DNA of 64,000 bases from contig DASRBY010000029.1 in the NCBI GenBank assembly GCA_035653435.1, positions 79,979 to 143,978 of the forward strand, in the 5' to 3' direction. Of this stretch, positions 8,794-16,353 are shown in pieces; the first letter of the stretch is position 1, and each line of letters opens with the position of its first letter. The DNA comes from Gaiellaceae bacterium (lineage in GTDB: Bacteria > Actinomycetota > Thermoleophilia > Gaiellales > Gaiellaceae). Under the pieces are notes generated by a model. That model was not told where the DNA came from and ran no database searches. It was given only the letters and a program-made list of their open reading frames with translations. The position numbers and the translations under genes are program-made.

Positions 8794-9765
8794 TCATACA
8801 ATCTTCGCCTCCTGCGGCAGCCGAGCAGCAAGGCGGCCGACGACGTCGTGATCGACGCCGCGGGCGGCCAGGCGGATCGCGTTGGCGATCGCGGTCGGCG
8901 AGGAGTTGCCATGCGCGATCACGACGAGCCCGCGCAGGCCGAGCAGGTACGCGCCTCCGTACGTATCGGGATCGAGGCGCGCGCGGAGTCGCCGCGCGGC
9001 CGGGCGAATGAGGAGGCCGCCCAGCGCGCCCGCCGTGCTCGCGGTGATCTCCTCGCGCAGCGAGTCGAGCAGCGTCCAGATCGTTCCCTCGACGGCTTTC
9101 AGGGCCACGTTCCCGGTGAAGCCGTCGGTCACGAGGACGTCGGCGGCGCCCTCGAGGATGTCGCGGCCCTCGGCGTTGCCGCGAAAGTCGAGGTCCGAAG
9201 CGGCGAGCAGGTCGTGGGCCTCGAGTGCGAGCTGGTTCCCTTTCTCCGGCTCCTCGCCGATGGAGAGAAGGCGCACCTGCGGCCGCGCGATGCCGAGTAT
9301 CTCCTCCGCGAAGACCGCTCCCATCGTCGCGAACTGGAGGAGGAGCTCGGCTCGGCAGTCGGCGTTCGCGCCGGCGTCGATCAGGACGGAGGGGCCTCTG
9401 CGCGCGGGGATGGGGACGGCGATCGCCGGGCGACGGACACCTGTCACGCGGCGCAGGTGGACGAGCCCTGCGGCGAGGATCGCCCCGGTGTTGCCGGGTG
9501 ACACGACCGCGTCGGCCTCGCCGTCGGCCACCGCCTTCACCGCCCGCACGAGCGAGCTGTCGGCCTTCGTCCGGAACGCATCGGCCGGCTTCTCGTCCAT
9601 CCCGACCACCTGCGTGGTCGCCACGTGCGCGAGCCCCCGCGTCTCGAGCTCCGACGAGCCGAAGATCACCGGGACGATCTCGTCCGACGCCGCCTGCAGC
9701 GCACCGTCGAGCACGGCGGCAGGACCGCGATCGCCTCCCATCGCGTCGACCGCGATGCGAGTCAT
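8794..9765 (-). CDS. plsX: phosphate acyltransferase PlsX
   Basis: Full-length PlsX pattern: IAVDAMGGDRGP, VSPGNTGA and DGFTGNVALK. Confidence 0.95.
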   Translation of the reverse strand: MTRIAVDAMGGDRGPAAVLDGALQAASDEIVPVIFGSSELETRGLAHVATTQVVGMDEKPADAFRTKADSSLVRAVKAVADGEADAVVSPGNTGAILAAGLVHLRRVTGVRRPAIAVPIPARRGPSVLIDAGANADCRAELLLQFATMGAVFAEEILGIARPQVRLLSIGEEPEKGNQLALEAHDLLAASDLDFRGNAEGRDILEGAADVLVTDGFTGNVALKAVEGTIWTLLDSLREEITASTAGALGGLLIRPAARRLRARLDPDTYGGAYLLGLRGLVVIAHGNSSPTAIANAIRLAARGVDHDVVGRLAARLPQEAKIV

Positions 9766-9768
9766 GTC

Positions 9769-9957
9769 CTAAGGGGCGTTGACCCGGAGCGGCTCGACCT
9801 CGCGGCCCTTGTACGTGCCGCAGGTCGGGCAGACGCGGTGGGGGCGCTTCGGCTGGCCGCACGTCGGGCAGACGTTGACCTTCGGAGCGCTGATCGCGTG
9901 CGTCGCACGCCGCTTGTCACGGCGCGACTTGGAGGTTTTCCGCTTTGGGACGGCCAT
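9769..9957 (-). CDS. rpmF: 50S ribosomal protein L32 (zinc-ribbon form)
   Basis: It has the [18 protein letters not shown]-terminus and CPTCG...CPTCG cysteine pairs. Confidence 0.95.
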   Translation of the reverse strand: MAVPKRKTSKSRRDKRRATHAISAPKVNVCPTCGQPKRPHRVCPTCGTYKGREVEPLRVNAP

Positions 9958-9984
9958 GGGCGCGGGCCACTATAGCCTGCGGCG

Positions 9985-10650
9985 GTGGATCCGACCGAGA
10001 TCTTGGAGCGCTTCGACGAGCAGATGCGGCGCCGGCCCGCGCCGGACGGTCTCTTCGTGAGCAAGGGCTGGAGCGCGGTGCTCTGGCGGCCGGACGACGG
10101 CGACGTGGAGCCTCTCGTCGCCCGCATGCGCGAGCTGCCCGGGCGCGTCGAGTGGAAGTACTACTCCCACGACGGGCCTGAGCTGCGCGAGCGGCTCCTC
10201 GGCGCCGGTCTCGAGCCCGAGGACGAGGAGACGGTCGTCGTCGCCGAGGCCGTCTCGATCCCTCCGCCTCCCGAGGACGTCGAGGTCCGGGTCGCAACCG
10301 ACGAGTTCGACGAGCTCGCGGCGCGGGTCTTCGGCAGACGTTACGCGCTGCCGCAGCAGGCGGTCGCCGTGGTGGCCGTGGTCGACGGGCAGCCGGTCTC
10401 CGGCGGACGCGTCGACTTCGAGGAAGGCGTGGAGTTCGCCGGCCTCTTCGGCGGGATCACGCTGCCGGAGTACCGCGGGCGAGGGTCGTATCGCGCGACG
10501 GTCGCGAAACGGGCGGAGCTCGCCCGCCAGCGTGGCTACCGCTGGCTCTACTCGGATGCGCTGCCGACGAGCCGGCCGATCCTCGAGCGGCTCGGCTTCC
10601 TCGCCATCACACGGACGACGCCGTTCGTCATTCCCCCCGCAGCTCGCTGA
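9985..10650 (+). CDS. GNAT family N-acetyltransferase
   Basis: The C-terminal acetyl-CoA motif A-like sequence is LPEYRGRGSYRATVAKRAELARQRG. The start is GTG. It lies antisense between yceD and rpmF and overlaps the yceD 3' end by 23 nt. Confidence 0.7.
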   Translation: MDPTEILERFDEQMRRRPAPDGLFVSKGWSAVLWRPDDGDVEPLVARMRELPGRVEWKYYSHDGPELRERLLGAGLEPEDEETVVVAEAVSIPPPPEDVEVRVATDEFDELAARVFGRRYALPQQAVAVVAVVDGQPVSGGRVDFEEGVEFAGLFGGITLPEYRGRGSYRATVAKRAELARQRGYRWLYSDALPTSRPILERLGFLAITRTTPFVIPPAAR

Positions 10651-11131
10651 GCTTCGCCCAGCGCGGGTCCACGCTCTCCTCCTCGTGCTCGTGCGGCTCG
10701 GCGTTGAGGTCCTTCCCGCAGACGGGACAGAGCCCCGCGCAGTCCGGACGGCAGAGGATCTTGTCCGGCAGCGCGAGCGCGATCGCGTCGTGCGTCCAGG
10801 CGGAGAGGTCGAGCCGGTCGTCCTCGAGGTACTCGGTCTGCTCCTCGTCGCCCTCGGGCTTCGTGGCCTGGTACTCGCGCAGCCCGAGCGACAGCGGCAG
10901 CTCGGCATCCTGCAGGCAGCGGAAGCACGGGCCGGCGAGCGTGACGTCGAGCGAAAGCTCGAGCACTGCGCCACTCGAAGCACGCGTGACGGTCAGCTCG
11001 GCGGGAGCCGGATTCGGCTGCGGCTCGTAGGTCTGGCCGCCGAGCAAGAGCGGCTCGAGCTCGATCTCGACCCGCTCGCGGGCCTGGTCGCCGGAGCGAA
11101 GTCGAAGCGTGCGGAGGTCGAACGTGGTCAC
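10628..11131 (-). CDS. yceD: YceD/DUF177 family ribosome-biogenesis-associated protein
   Basis: It carries the C-terminal DUF177 cysteine motif CRPDCAGLCPVCGKDLN and an acidic tail, in the conserved position upstream of rpmF. The chosen start is the GTG at 11131. The track ORF extension to 12175 is a shadow over the EamA gene. Confidence 0.85.
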   Translation of the reverse strand: MTTFDLRTLRLRSGDQARERVEIELEPLLLGGQTYEPQPNPAPAELTVTRASSGAVLELSLDVTLAGPCFRCLQDAELPLSLGLREYQATKPEGDEEQTEYLEDDRLDLSAWTHDAIALALPDKILCRPDCAGLCPVCGKDLNAEPHEHEEESVDPRWAKLSELRGE

Positions 11132-11151
11132 TTCCGCACCGTAGCGCGGGC

Positions 11152-12108
11152 TCAGCGCGGCGGAACCGGGGGCGCGAGCTGCGGCCGGGGCTTCGGCTGC
11201 CGGCGCGAACGCTCGGGCATCCGCAGGCCGTTTGGCGTCCGGGCGAGCACGAGCATCGCGACCGAGGCGAGGATCACGGCACCCGCAGCGATCTCTCTCC
11301 TGCCGACCGCCTCGCCGGCGAATGCCCAGCCCAGCATGACGGCGACCGCGGGGTTCACGTACGCGTACGTCGAGACGAGCACGCTCGACGCGCCGCTCCG
11401 GAGCAGCCAGCCGTATGCGGTAAAGGCCACGATCGAGCCGAAGACGACGAGATAGCCGAACGCCACGGCGGAGCCGGCCGAGATCGCAGCCGGGTGGACT
11501 CGGCCGAGCTCGCCGGTCGCGGCTCCCGCGACTCCGAGGAAGGCGGCGGCGCAGAGCATCTGCATCGCGGCCGAGAGGAACGGCGGCTGCGGCAGCGGCG
11601 CGACGCGTCCGTAGGCCGAGCCGGCCGCCCAGGCGAGCGCGGCCACGAGGATGACTCCGGCGCCGACGGGATCGACGTGCGCGCTGGGACCGGCGAGCAG
11701 CGCGACGCCGAACAGGCCGGCCGCGATCCCGGCGAGCGCGCCGAGCGAGAGCCGGACTCCGAAGAACGTGCGATCGAGCAGCGCCGTGAACAGAGGCACC
11801 GCCGCGATGAGGAGCGCGGTCAGGCCGGAGGCGACCCGCTGCTCGGCCCACGCGACACCCCCCGTGTCCACGAAGAGGAGCAGCCCGCCAACGACGGCGG
11901 CGGCCGTCCACTCGCGCCTGCCGGGGCGCGCCGTTGCGACGTCGCCGCGCCACGCGGACCACCCGTACAGGAGCCCGCCGGCGATCGCGAATCGGACCGC
12001 GAGCATCAGCAGCGGCGGCAGCGTGCGATCGGCGACGGCGATCGCGAGATACGTCGATCCCCAGACGACGTAGACGATCCCGAGCGCGGTGGCGACCTTC
12101 GTCCTCAT
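11152..12108 (-). CDS. EamA/DMT family transporter
   Basis: A 318-aa protein with about 10 predicted TM helices in two EamA-like halves (VVWGSTYLAI...). It is divergent from a LysR regulator. Confidence 0.85.
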   Translation of the reverse strand: MRTKVATALGIVYVVWGSTYLAIAVADRTLPPLLMLAVRFAIAGGLLYGWSAWRGDVATARPGRREWTAAAVVGGLLLFVDTGGVAWAEQRVASGLTALLIAAVPLFTALLDRTFFGVRLSLGALAGIAAGLFGVALLAGPSAHVDPVGAGVILVAALAWAAGSAYGRVAPLPQPPFLSAAMQMLCAAAFLGVAGAATGELGRVHPAAISAGSAVAFGYLVVFGSIVAFTAYGWLLRSGASSVLVSTYAYVNPAVAVMLGWAFAGEAVGRREIAAGAVILASVAMLVLARTPNGLRMPERSRRQPKPRPQLAPPVPPR

Positions 12109-12160
12109 GCCTCCATGGTGCCGAGCAGGATCGATCAGAACAAGTTGAGTTATCGTTCAT

Positions 12161-12183
12161 ATTGATCATGAGCACTGATCAAT
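12161..12183. promoter_or_regulatory. candidate LysR-type (T-N11-A) operator: perfect inverted repeat ATTGATCA-N7-TGATCAAT spanning the lysR start codon
   Basis: The arms at 12161-12168 and 12176-12183 are exact reverse complements and contain ATC-N9-GAT / T-N11-A. A further GATCA lies at 12133-12137 in the AT-rich 59-nt divergent intergenic region. Confidence 0.4.
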
Positions 12184-13073
12184 GGCTGGGCATCGAGCTG
12201 CGCCACCTGGCCGCCCTGGAGGCGGTCGCGCGGACGCGTTCCTTCGGCCGGGCCGCGCGCGAGCTGGGGTATACGCAGTCGGCCGTCAGCCAACAGATCG
12301 CCCAGCTCGAGCGGATCGTCGGGCAGCGGCTCTTCGACCGTCCCGGCGGGCCTCGCCGAGTCGAGCCGACGGAGGCCGGCCTCCTGCTGCTCGGGCACGC
12401 GGACGCGATCGTCGCGCGCCTCGACGCGGCCCGAGCGGACATGGCCGCGCTCGCCGAGGGCTCGGCGGGAACGCTCCGCGTCGGCATCTACCAGAGCGTC
12501 GGCGCCCGTCTCCTCCCCGCCCTCGTCCGCCGTTTCCGGACCCAGTGGCCGCGGGTCGGCGTTCGCGTCCGGGAGGAGAGCTCCGCGACGGATCTCCTGC
12601 GGCTGCTCGAGCACGGCGAGCTCGATCTGACCTTCGCCGACCTGCCCCTACCGGAGGGTCCGTTCGAGTGGGCGGAGCTGCTGCAGGATCCGTACGTCCT
12701 GCTCGTCTCGGCCCGCTCGGAGCTCGCGAAGCTCGACTCGGCGCCGCCACTGCGGGAGGTCGCGAAGCTGCCGCTGATCGGGCGCCGCACGACCGACGAG
12801 CCGGAGCGCCATCTCGCCGGGCGCGTGCCCGAGCTGAATGTGATTTTCCGCACCGACGACAACGGCACGCTCGGCGCGCTCGTCGCGGAGGATCTCGGGG
12901 CCGCGATCGAGCCGCGCCTCGTCGTCGACCCGCGCGACCGCGCGGTGAAGATGCTCCCGTTCGGCTCCCGGATTCCACCGCGGACACTCGTCCTCGCGTG
13001 GCATCGGGACCGCTACCGCTCGCAGGCCGCCCAGGCTTTCGTCGAGCTGGCGCGCGAGCTCGCAGCGCCGTAA
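12168..13073 (+). CDS. LysR family transcriptional regulator
   Basis: It has an N-terminal wHTH (FGRAARELGYTQSAVSQQIAQLE) and a LysR substrate-binding domain. The ATG is at 12168. It is divergent from the EamA transporter. Confidence 0.9.
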   Translation: MSTDQWLGIELRHLAALEAVARTRSFGRAARELGYTQSAVSQQIAQLERIVGQRLFDRPGGPRRVEPTEAGLLLLGHADAIVARLDAARADMAALAEGSAGTLRVGIYQSVGARLLPALVRRFRTQWPRVGVRVREESSATDLLRLLEHGELDLTFADLPLPEGPFEWAELLQDPYVLLVSARSELAKLDSAPPLREVAKLPLIGRRTTDEPERHLAGRVPELNVIFRTDDNGTLGALVAEDLGAAIEPRLVVDPRDRAVKMLPFGSRIPPRTLVLAWHRDRYRSQAAQAFVELARELAAP

Positions 13074-13111
13074 GTACCTCTATCTTGCATCGCAAGGCTT
13101 AGTGAACTACC

Positions 13112-13471
13112 ATGCGACGCATGGCAGCTGAGAGCAGGCGCAGCCAGATGCTCCGTGGAGTCCTCGACCTCTGCCTTCTCGCGGTCGTCGTCGACGAGCC
13201 CGCCTACGGCTACGAGATGACGCGACGGCTTCGCGAGCGGGGGCTCTCCACCGTCGGGGAAGGCTCGATCTACCCCCTGCTGGGCCGGCTCGAGCGCGAC
13301 GGCCTCGTCTCGACGCATCGCGCGGCGAGCGACGGCGGCCCGCCGCGCAAGTACTACCGCGCCTCGCCGAGCGGCCGGCGTGCGCTGGCCGAGGGGGTGC
13401 GCGCCTGGCGCGAGGTGCGGGGCGAAGTCGATTCGGTTCTGACGGCGGTCGATGCGGAGGTGGCGACATGA
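13112..13471 (+). CDS. PadR family transcriptional regulator
   Basis: PadR wHTH pattern: LLAVVVDEPAYGYEMTRRL...GSIYPLLGRLERDGLV...RKYY. Confidence 0.9.
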   Translation: MRRMAAESRRSQMLRGVLDLCLLAVVVDEPAYGYEMTRRLRERGLSTVGEGSIYPLLGRLERDGLVSTHRAASDGGPPRKYYRASPSGRRALAEGVRAWREVRGEVDSVLTAVDAEVAT

Positions 13472-14028
13472 GTCCTTACGTCGAAGAGTGCCGGCGGGAG
13501 TGGAAACGGCTGGGGGTGCCCGACCTCCTCGCCGAGGAGATGGCCGGCGACCTCGAAGCCGACCTCGCGGAGGCGGAGGCCGACGGCGTGTCCGCAGCCG
13601 AGATGCTCGGCGAGAGCGATCCGCGGCGCTTCGCGGCCACGTGGGCACGCGAGCGCGGCCTCGTCTCCGAGGCGGCGCCGAAGAAGCGACGGCGGCGCAT
13701 TTGGCCATGGATCGTCGTCGGCGTCTTCCTCCTCGTTCTTCTCCCAACCTGGCTGGCGCTCCAGACCGTCGGGTCCGGTCACGCGACCAACCACCCGGTG
13801 CGCGTCACGCCGCCGCGGCGAGCCACTGTCCCGAACGTCATTGGGATGAAAGCCTGCAAGGCCGTGCGGCTCGTGCTCCAGGCAGGTGTCGACGCGGTGC
13901 GCCTGCCGGGGCACACGCACGGCTACAAGTGCGAACTGGTCGTCGTCGAACAGGTTCCAGCGCCCGGACACGCCATCCGGCATCACGGCCACCCGACCAG
14001 GGTGACGTTGCGGCTCGGTCGGCGCTAG
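13468..14028 (+). CDS. PadR-associated single-pass membrane protein with C-terminal PASTA-like domain
   Basis: Its start overlaps the padR stop (ATGA). It has an acidic helical N-terminal domain, a KKRRRR-anchored TM helix (IWPWIVVGVFLLVLLPTWLAL) and a C-terminal VPNVIGMKACKAVRLVLQAGV...VVEQVPAPGHAI...VTLRLG that matches the PASTA consensus by eye. Confidence 0.7.
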   Translation: MSPYVEECRREWKRLGVPDLLAEEMAGDLEADLAEAEADGVSAAEMLGESDPRRFAATWARERGLVSEAAPKKRRRRIWPWIVVGVFLLVLLPTWLALQTVGSGHATNHPVRVTPPRRATVPNVIGMKACKAVRLVLQAGVDAVRLPGHTHGYKCELVVVEQVPAPGHAIRHHGHPTRVTLRLGRR

Positions 14029-14031
14029 CGG

Positions 14032-14538
14032 CTAGAAGCGCTCGTCGTCGGCGACGTCGCCGTTCGCGCCGAGACCCGCGATGACCGTCTCCTGCGAGCG
14101 CTCGTGCAGCCGCTCGCGCCCCCGCCGGACGGCGGTGAGGAAGCGTTCGAGATTGACCTCGAGGGACGCGAGCTGGTTGTCGGCCCAATCCTCCATCTCG
14201 AGCTTCATCTCGCGTGCGCTCCGCCGCGCATCGTCGACGATCTCGTCTGCCTGCCGCTCCGCAATCTTGACGATCTCGGTCTGCGACGCCTCGCGCACGG
14301 CCTGTTCCCGTGCCTCGGCGAGGAGACGATCGACCTCGCGTTTCGCCTCGGCGAGCATCTCCTGCCGCTCCTTGACGATCCAGCGGGCCTGCTTGATCTC
14401 CTCCGGAATCGTCGCGCGCATCTGGTCGAGGATGTCGTAGATCTCCTCGCGGTCGATCCGCACCTGGTCGGTGAGCGGCACGGCCTTCGCGTTGTGGACG
14501 AGGTCGTCGAGCTTGTCGATCAGAACTAATACGTCCAT
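14032..14538 (-). CDS. coiled-coil protein (ATP synthase b / DivIVA-like annotation class), function unknown
   Basis: A 168-aa ORF downstream of coaD that is strongly helical and rich in Glu/Arg/Ala, with good codon bias. Confidence 0.6.
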   Translation of the reverse strand: MDVLVLIDKLDDLVHNAKAVPLTDQVRIDREEIYDILDQMRATIPEEIKQARWIVKERQEMLAEAKREVDRLLAEAREQAVREASQTEIVKIAERQADEIVDDARRSAREMKLEMEDWADNQLASLEVNLERFLTAVRRGRERLHERSQETVIAGLGANGDVADDERF

Positions 14539-14575
14539 TGGCCGAGCAGTGTAGCCCTCTGAGCGGAGGACGCGG

Positions 14576-15091
14576 TCATTCTCCCGGACGTTCGGGGGTC
14601 CCGGGCCGTCCGTTCGGGAAGATTTCCGCGAGCCTGCGGGCCACGGGGCCGGGCACGAGCTCGGACACGTCGCCGCCGAAGGCGGCGATCTCCTTCACGC
14701 CGCTCGAGGAGACGAAGCTCACCTGCGGGCTCGCCATCACGTAAATCGTCTCCACTTCGGGCGCCAGCGTCCGGTTGAGCTGATTCATCTGGAACTCCCA
14801 CTCGAAGTCCGAGATCACGCGCAGCCCTTTGACGATCGCTTTCGCCTCCCATTTGCGGGCGAAGTCGACGACGAGTTCGCGGAAGACGTCGATCTCGACG
14901 TTGCCCAGCCCGGAGAGGGCGTCGCGTAGGAACTCGACGCGCTCCTCGACCGCGAAGGTCGGCTGCTTGTGGTGCGGCGTCCCCACCACGCCCACGACGA
15001 CGCGGTCGAAGATGCCGGCGGCGCGTGTGATCACGTCGACGTGGCCGTTCGTGACGGGGTCGTAGCTGCCGGGCGCGATCGCGGTGATCAC
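14576..15091 (-). CDS. coaD: phosphopantetheine adenylyltransferase
   Basis: The PGSYDPVTNGHVDVI nucleotidyltransferase motif is present. The GTG start at 15091 overlaps the rsmD stop (GTGA). Confidence 0.9.
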   Translation of the reverse strand: MITAIAPGSYDPVTNGHVDVITRAAGIFDRVVVGVVGTPHHKQPTFAVEERVEFLRDALSGLGNVEIDVFRELVVDFARKWEAKAIVKGLRVISDFEWEFQMNQLNRTLAPEVETIYVMASPQVSFVSSSGVKEIAAFGGDVSELVPGPVARRLAEIFPNGRPGTPERPGE

Positions 15092-15627
15092 GTTCCCGCC
15101 TCGAAGAGCGTGACGCGGGTCTGGCCGTACTTGCGGCTCGTCCTGACCGGCAGCGGGAGCTCGGGCTCGGTCCGCGTGTCCGTCTCGACGACGAGCAGCC
15201 CATCCGCTGCGAGCAGCGGCGGCAGGTGACGCGCGAGTCGGGGCTGGATCTCCGTGAGCATGCCGTAGGGAGGGTCGACCAGCACGAGATCGTACTTCGC
15301 GCCCGCGGTTCCCTCCTGTGCGACGGTGCGGAGGACGTCGCCGCGGACGACGCGCGCGCCGGTGAGGCGCAGCCGGTCGAGGTTTCGCTCGATCGTCTGC
15401 ACGGCCTCGGGGTCGTGCTCGACGAAGACCGCGCTCGCCGCGCCGCGCGACAGCGCCTCGATGCCGAGAGCGCCGGAGCCCGCGAAGAGGTCGAGCACTC
15501 GCGCGCCTTCGACCGGCCCGACGAGGTTGAAGATGTTCTCGCGGACGCGGTCGGAGGTCGGGCGGGTGTCGAGGCCGCGCGGCGCTGCGAGCTTGTGGCC
15601 CTTCCGGCTCCCGGCGATCACACGCAT
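15088..15627 (-). CDS. rsmD: 16S rRNA (guanine966-N2)-methyltransferase RsmD
   Basis: It has the RPTSDRVRE, DLFAGSGALGIEALSRGA and VDPPY motifs and the conserved rsmD-coaD pairing. Confidence 0.9.
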   Translation of the reverse strand: MRVIAGSRKGHKLAAPRGLDTRPTSDRVRENIFNLVGPVEGARVLDLFAGSGALGIEALSRGAASAVFVEHDPEAVQTIERNLDRLRLTGARVVRGDVLRTVAQEGTAGAKYDLVLVDPPYGMLTEIQPRLARHLPPLLAADGLLVVETDTRTEPELPLPVRTSRKYGQTRVTLFEAGT

Positions 15628-15687
15628 TCGGGGATCGTCGCATGGGACCCTTCGTAATCAGCCGCAAGCGCCTCGGACAAAGCACCG

Positions 15688-16353
15688 ATGCGGTTCCCGG
15701 GCTTCCACCGCGACCCTGCAGAGGTGACGGATTCCGGCATCGATCTCTACTGGCTCCCTCTGGGAGCAGGCGGCCGCTCCGTGCGCTTCAACGGCCGTGT
15801 CTACGAGGCGTTCGTCGCCGCCCTCGAGCGGCGCGAGCGCTGCGCTCTCTACCACTCCGCGCTCGAGGTGCGTGTTCCCGACGGCCGCTTCGTGATCGAG
15901 ATGACTCCGGTCGTCGGCGGCGGGAACGGCGACCGCGGTGTCGTCGCCGGGGGTGCAGTCGGCAGCCGCCTGGTCGGGCGGCTGGATCTCTTCCGCTACG
16001 AGGTCCGTTGCTGGCGCGACGGGCAGATCCCGGACGTGGCCGAGGCCGTCGAGAGCCCGCGGCGTATCAGCGACGATCCGGTCCTCGCGCGGCGGATTCT
16101 CGATCTGGCGCCGCTCGTTCCCACGCCGACCTGGGGCCGGGACGAGCTGAGCACCGGCGACATGTGGAACTCCAACTCGCTCGTTTCCTGGCTGCTCGTC
16201 TCCGCCGGGATCGGGGTCGCGCAAGCGGTTCTTCCCGTGGGCGGCAGAGCCCCGGGTTGGGATGCCGGTGTTGCGGTTGCAAAACGCGGACGAGCCTCAC
16301 GCGAGCGTCTCCGGCTCGACCTCGGCGAAGAGCGCGGCGGCGGCGTCCTGTAA
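15688..16353 (+). CDS. conserved hypothetical protein
   Basis: A 221-aa ORF with coding-like composition (IDLYWLPLGAGG...YHSALEV...) but no family I can name. Its 3' end overlaps the convergent recG by 57 nt, so the true stop or extent is uncertain. Confidence 0.5.
   Translation: MRFPGFHRDPAEVTDSGIDLYWLPLGAGGRSVRFNGRVYEAFVAALERRERCALYHSALEVRVPDGRFVIEMTPVVGGGNGDRGVVAGGAVGSRLVGRLDLFRYEVRCWRDGQIPDVAEAVESPRRISDDPVLARRILDLAPLVPTPTWGRDELSTGDMWNSNSLVSWLLVSAGIGVAQAVLPVGGRAPGWDAGVAVAKRGRASRERLRLDLGEERGGGVL

Noticed and set aside
13084-13096. CTTGC-ATC-GCAAG mini-palindrome between lysR and padR as a PadR operator
   Set aside because: The arms are only 5 bp, the site is not obviously related to known PadR sites, and there is no second copy. 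It is too weak to call.
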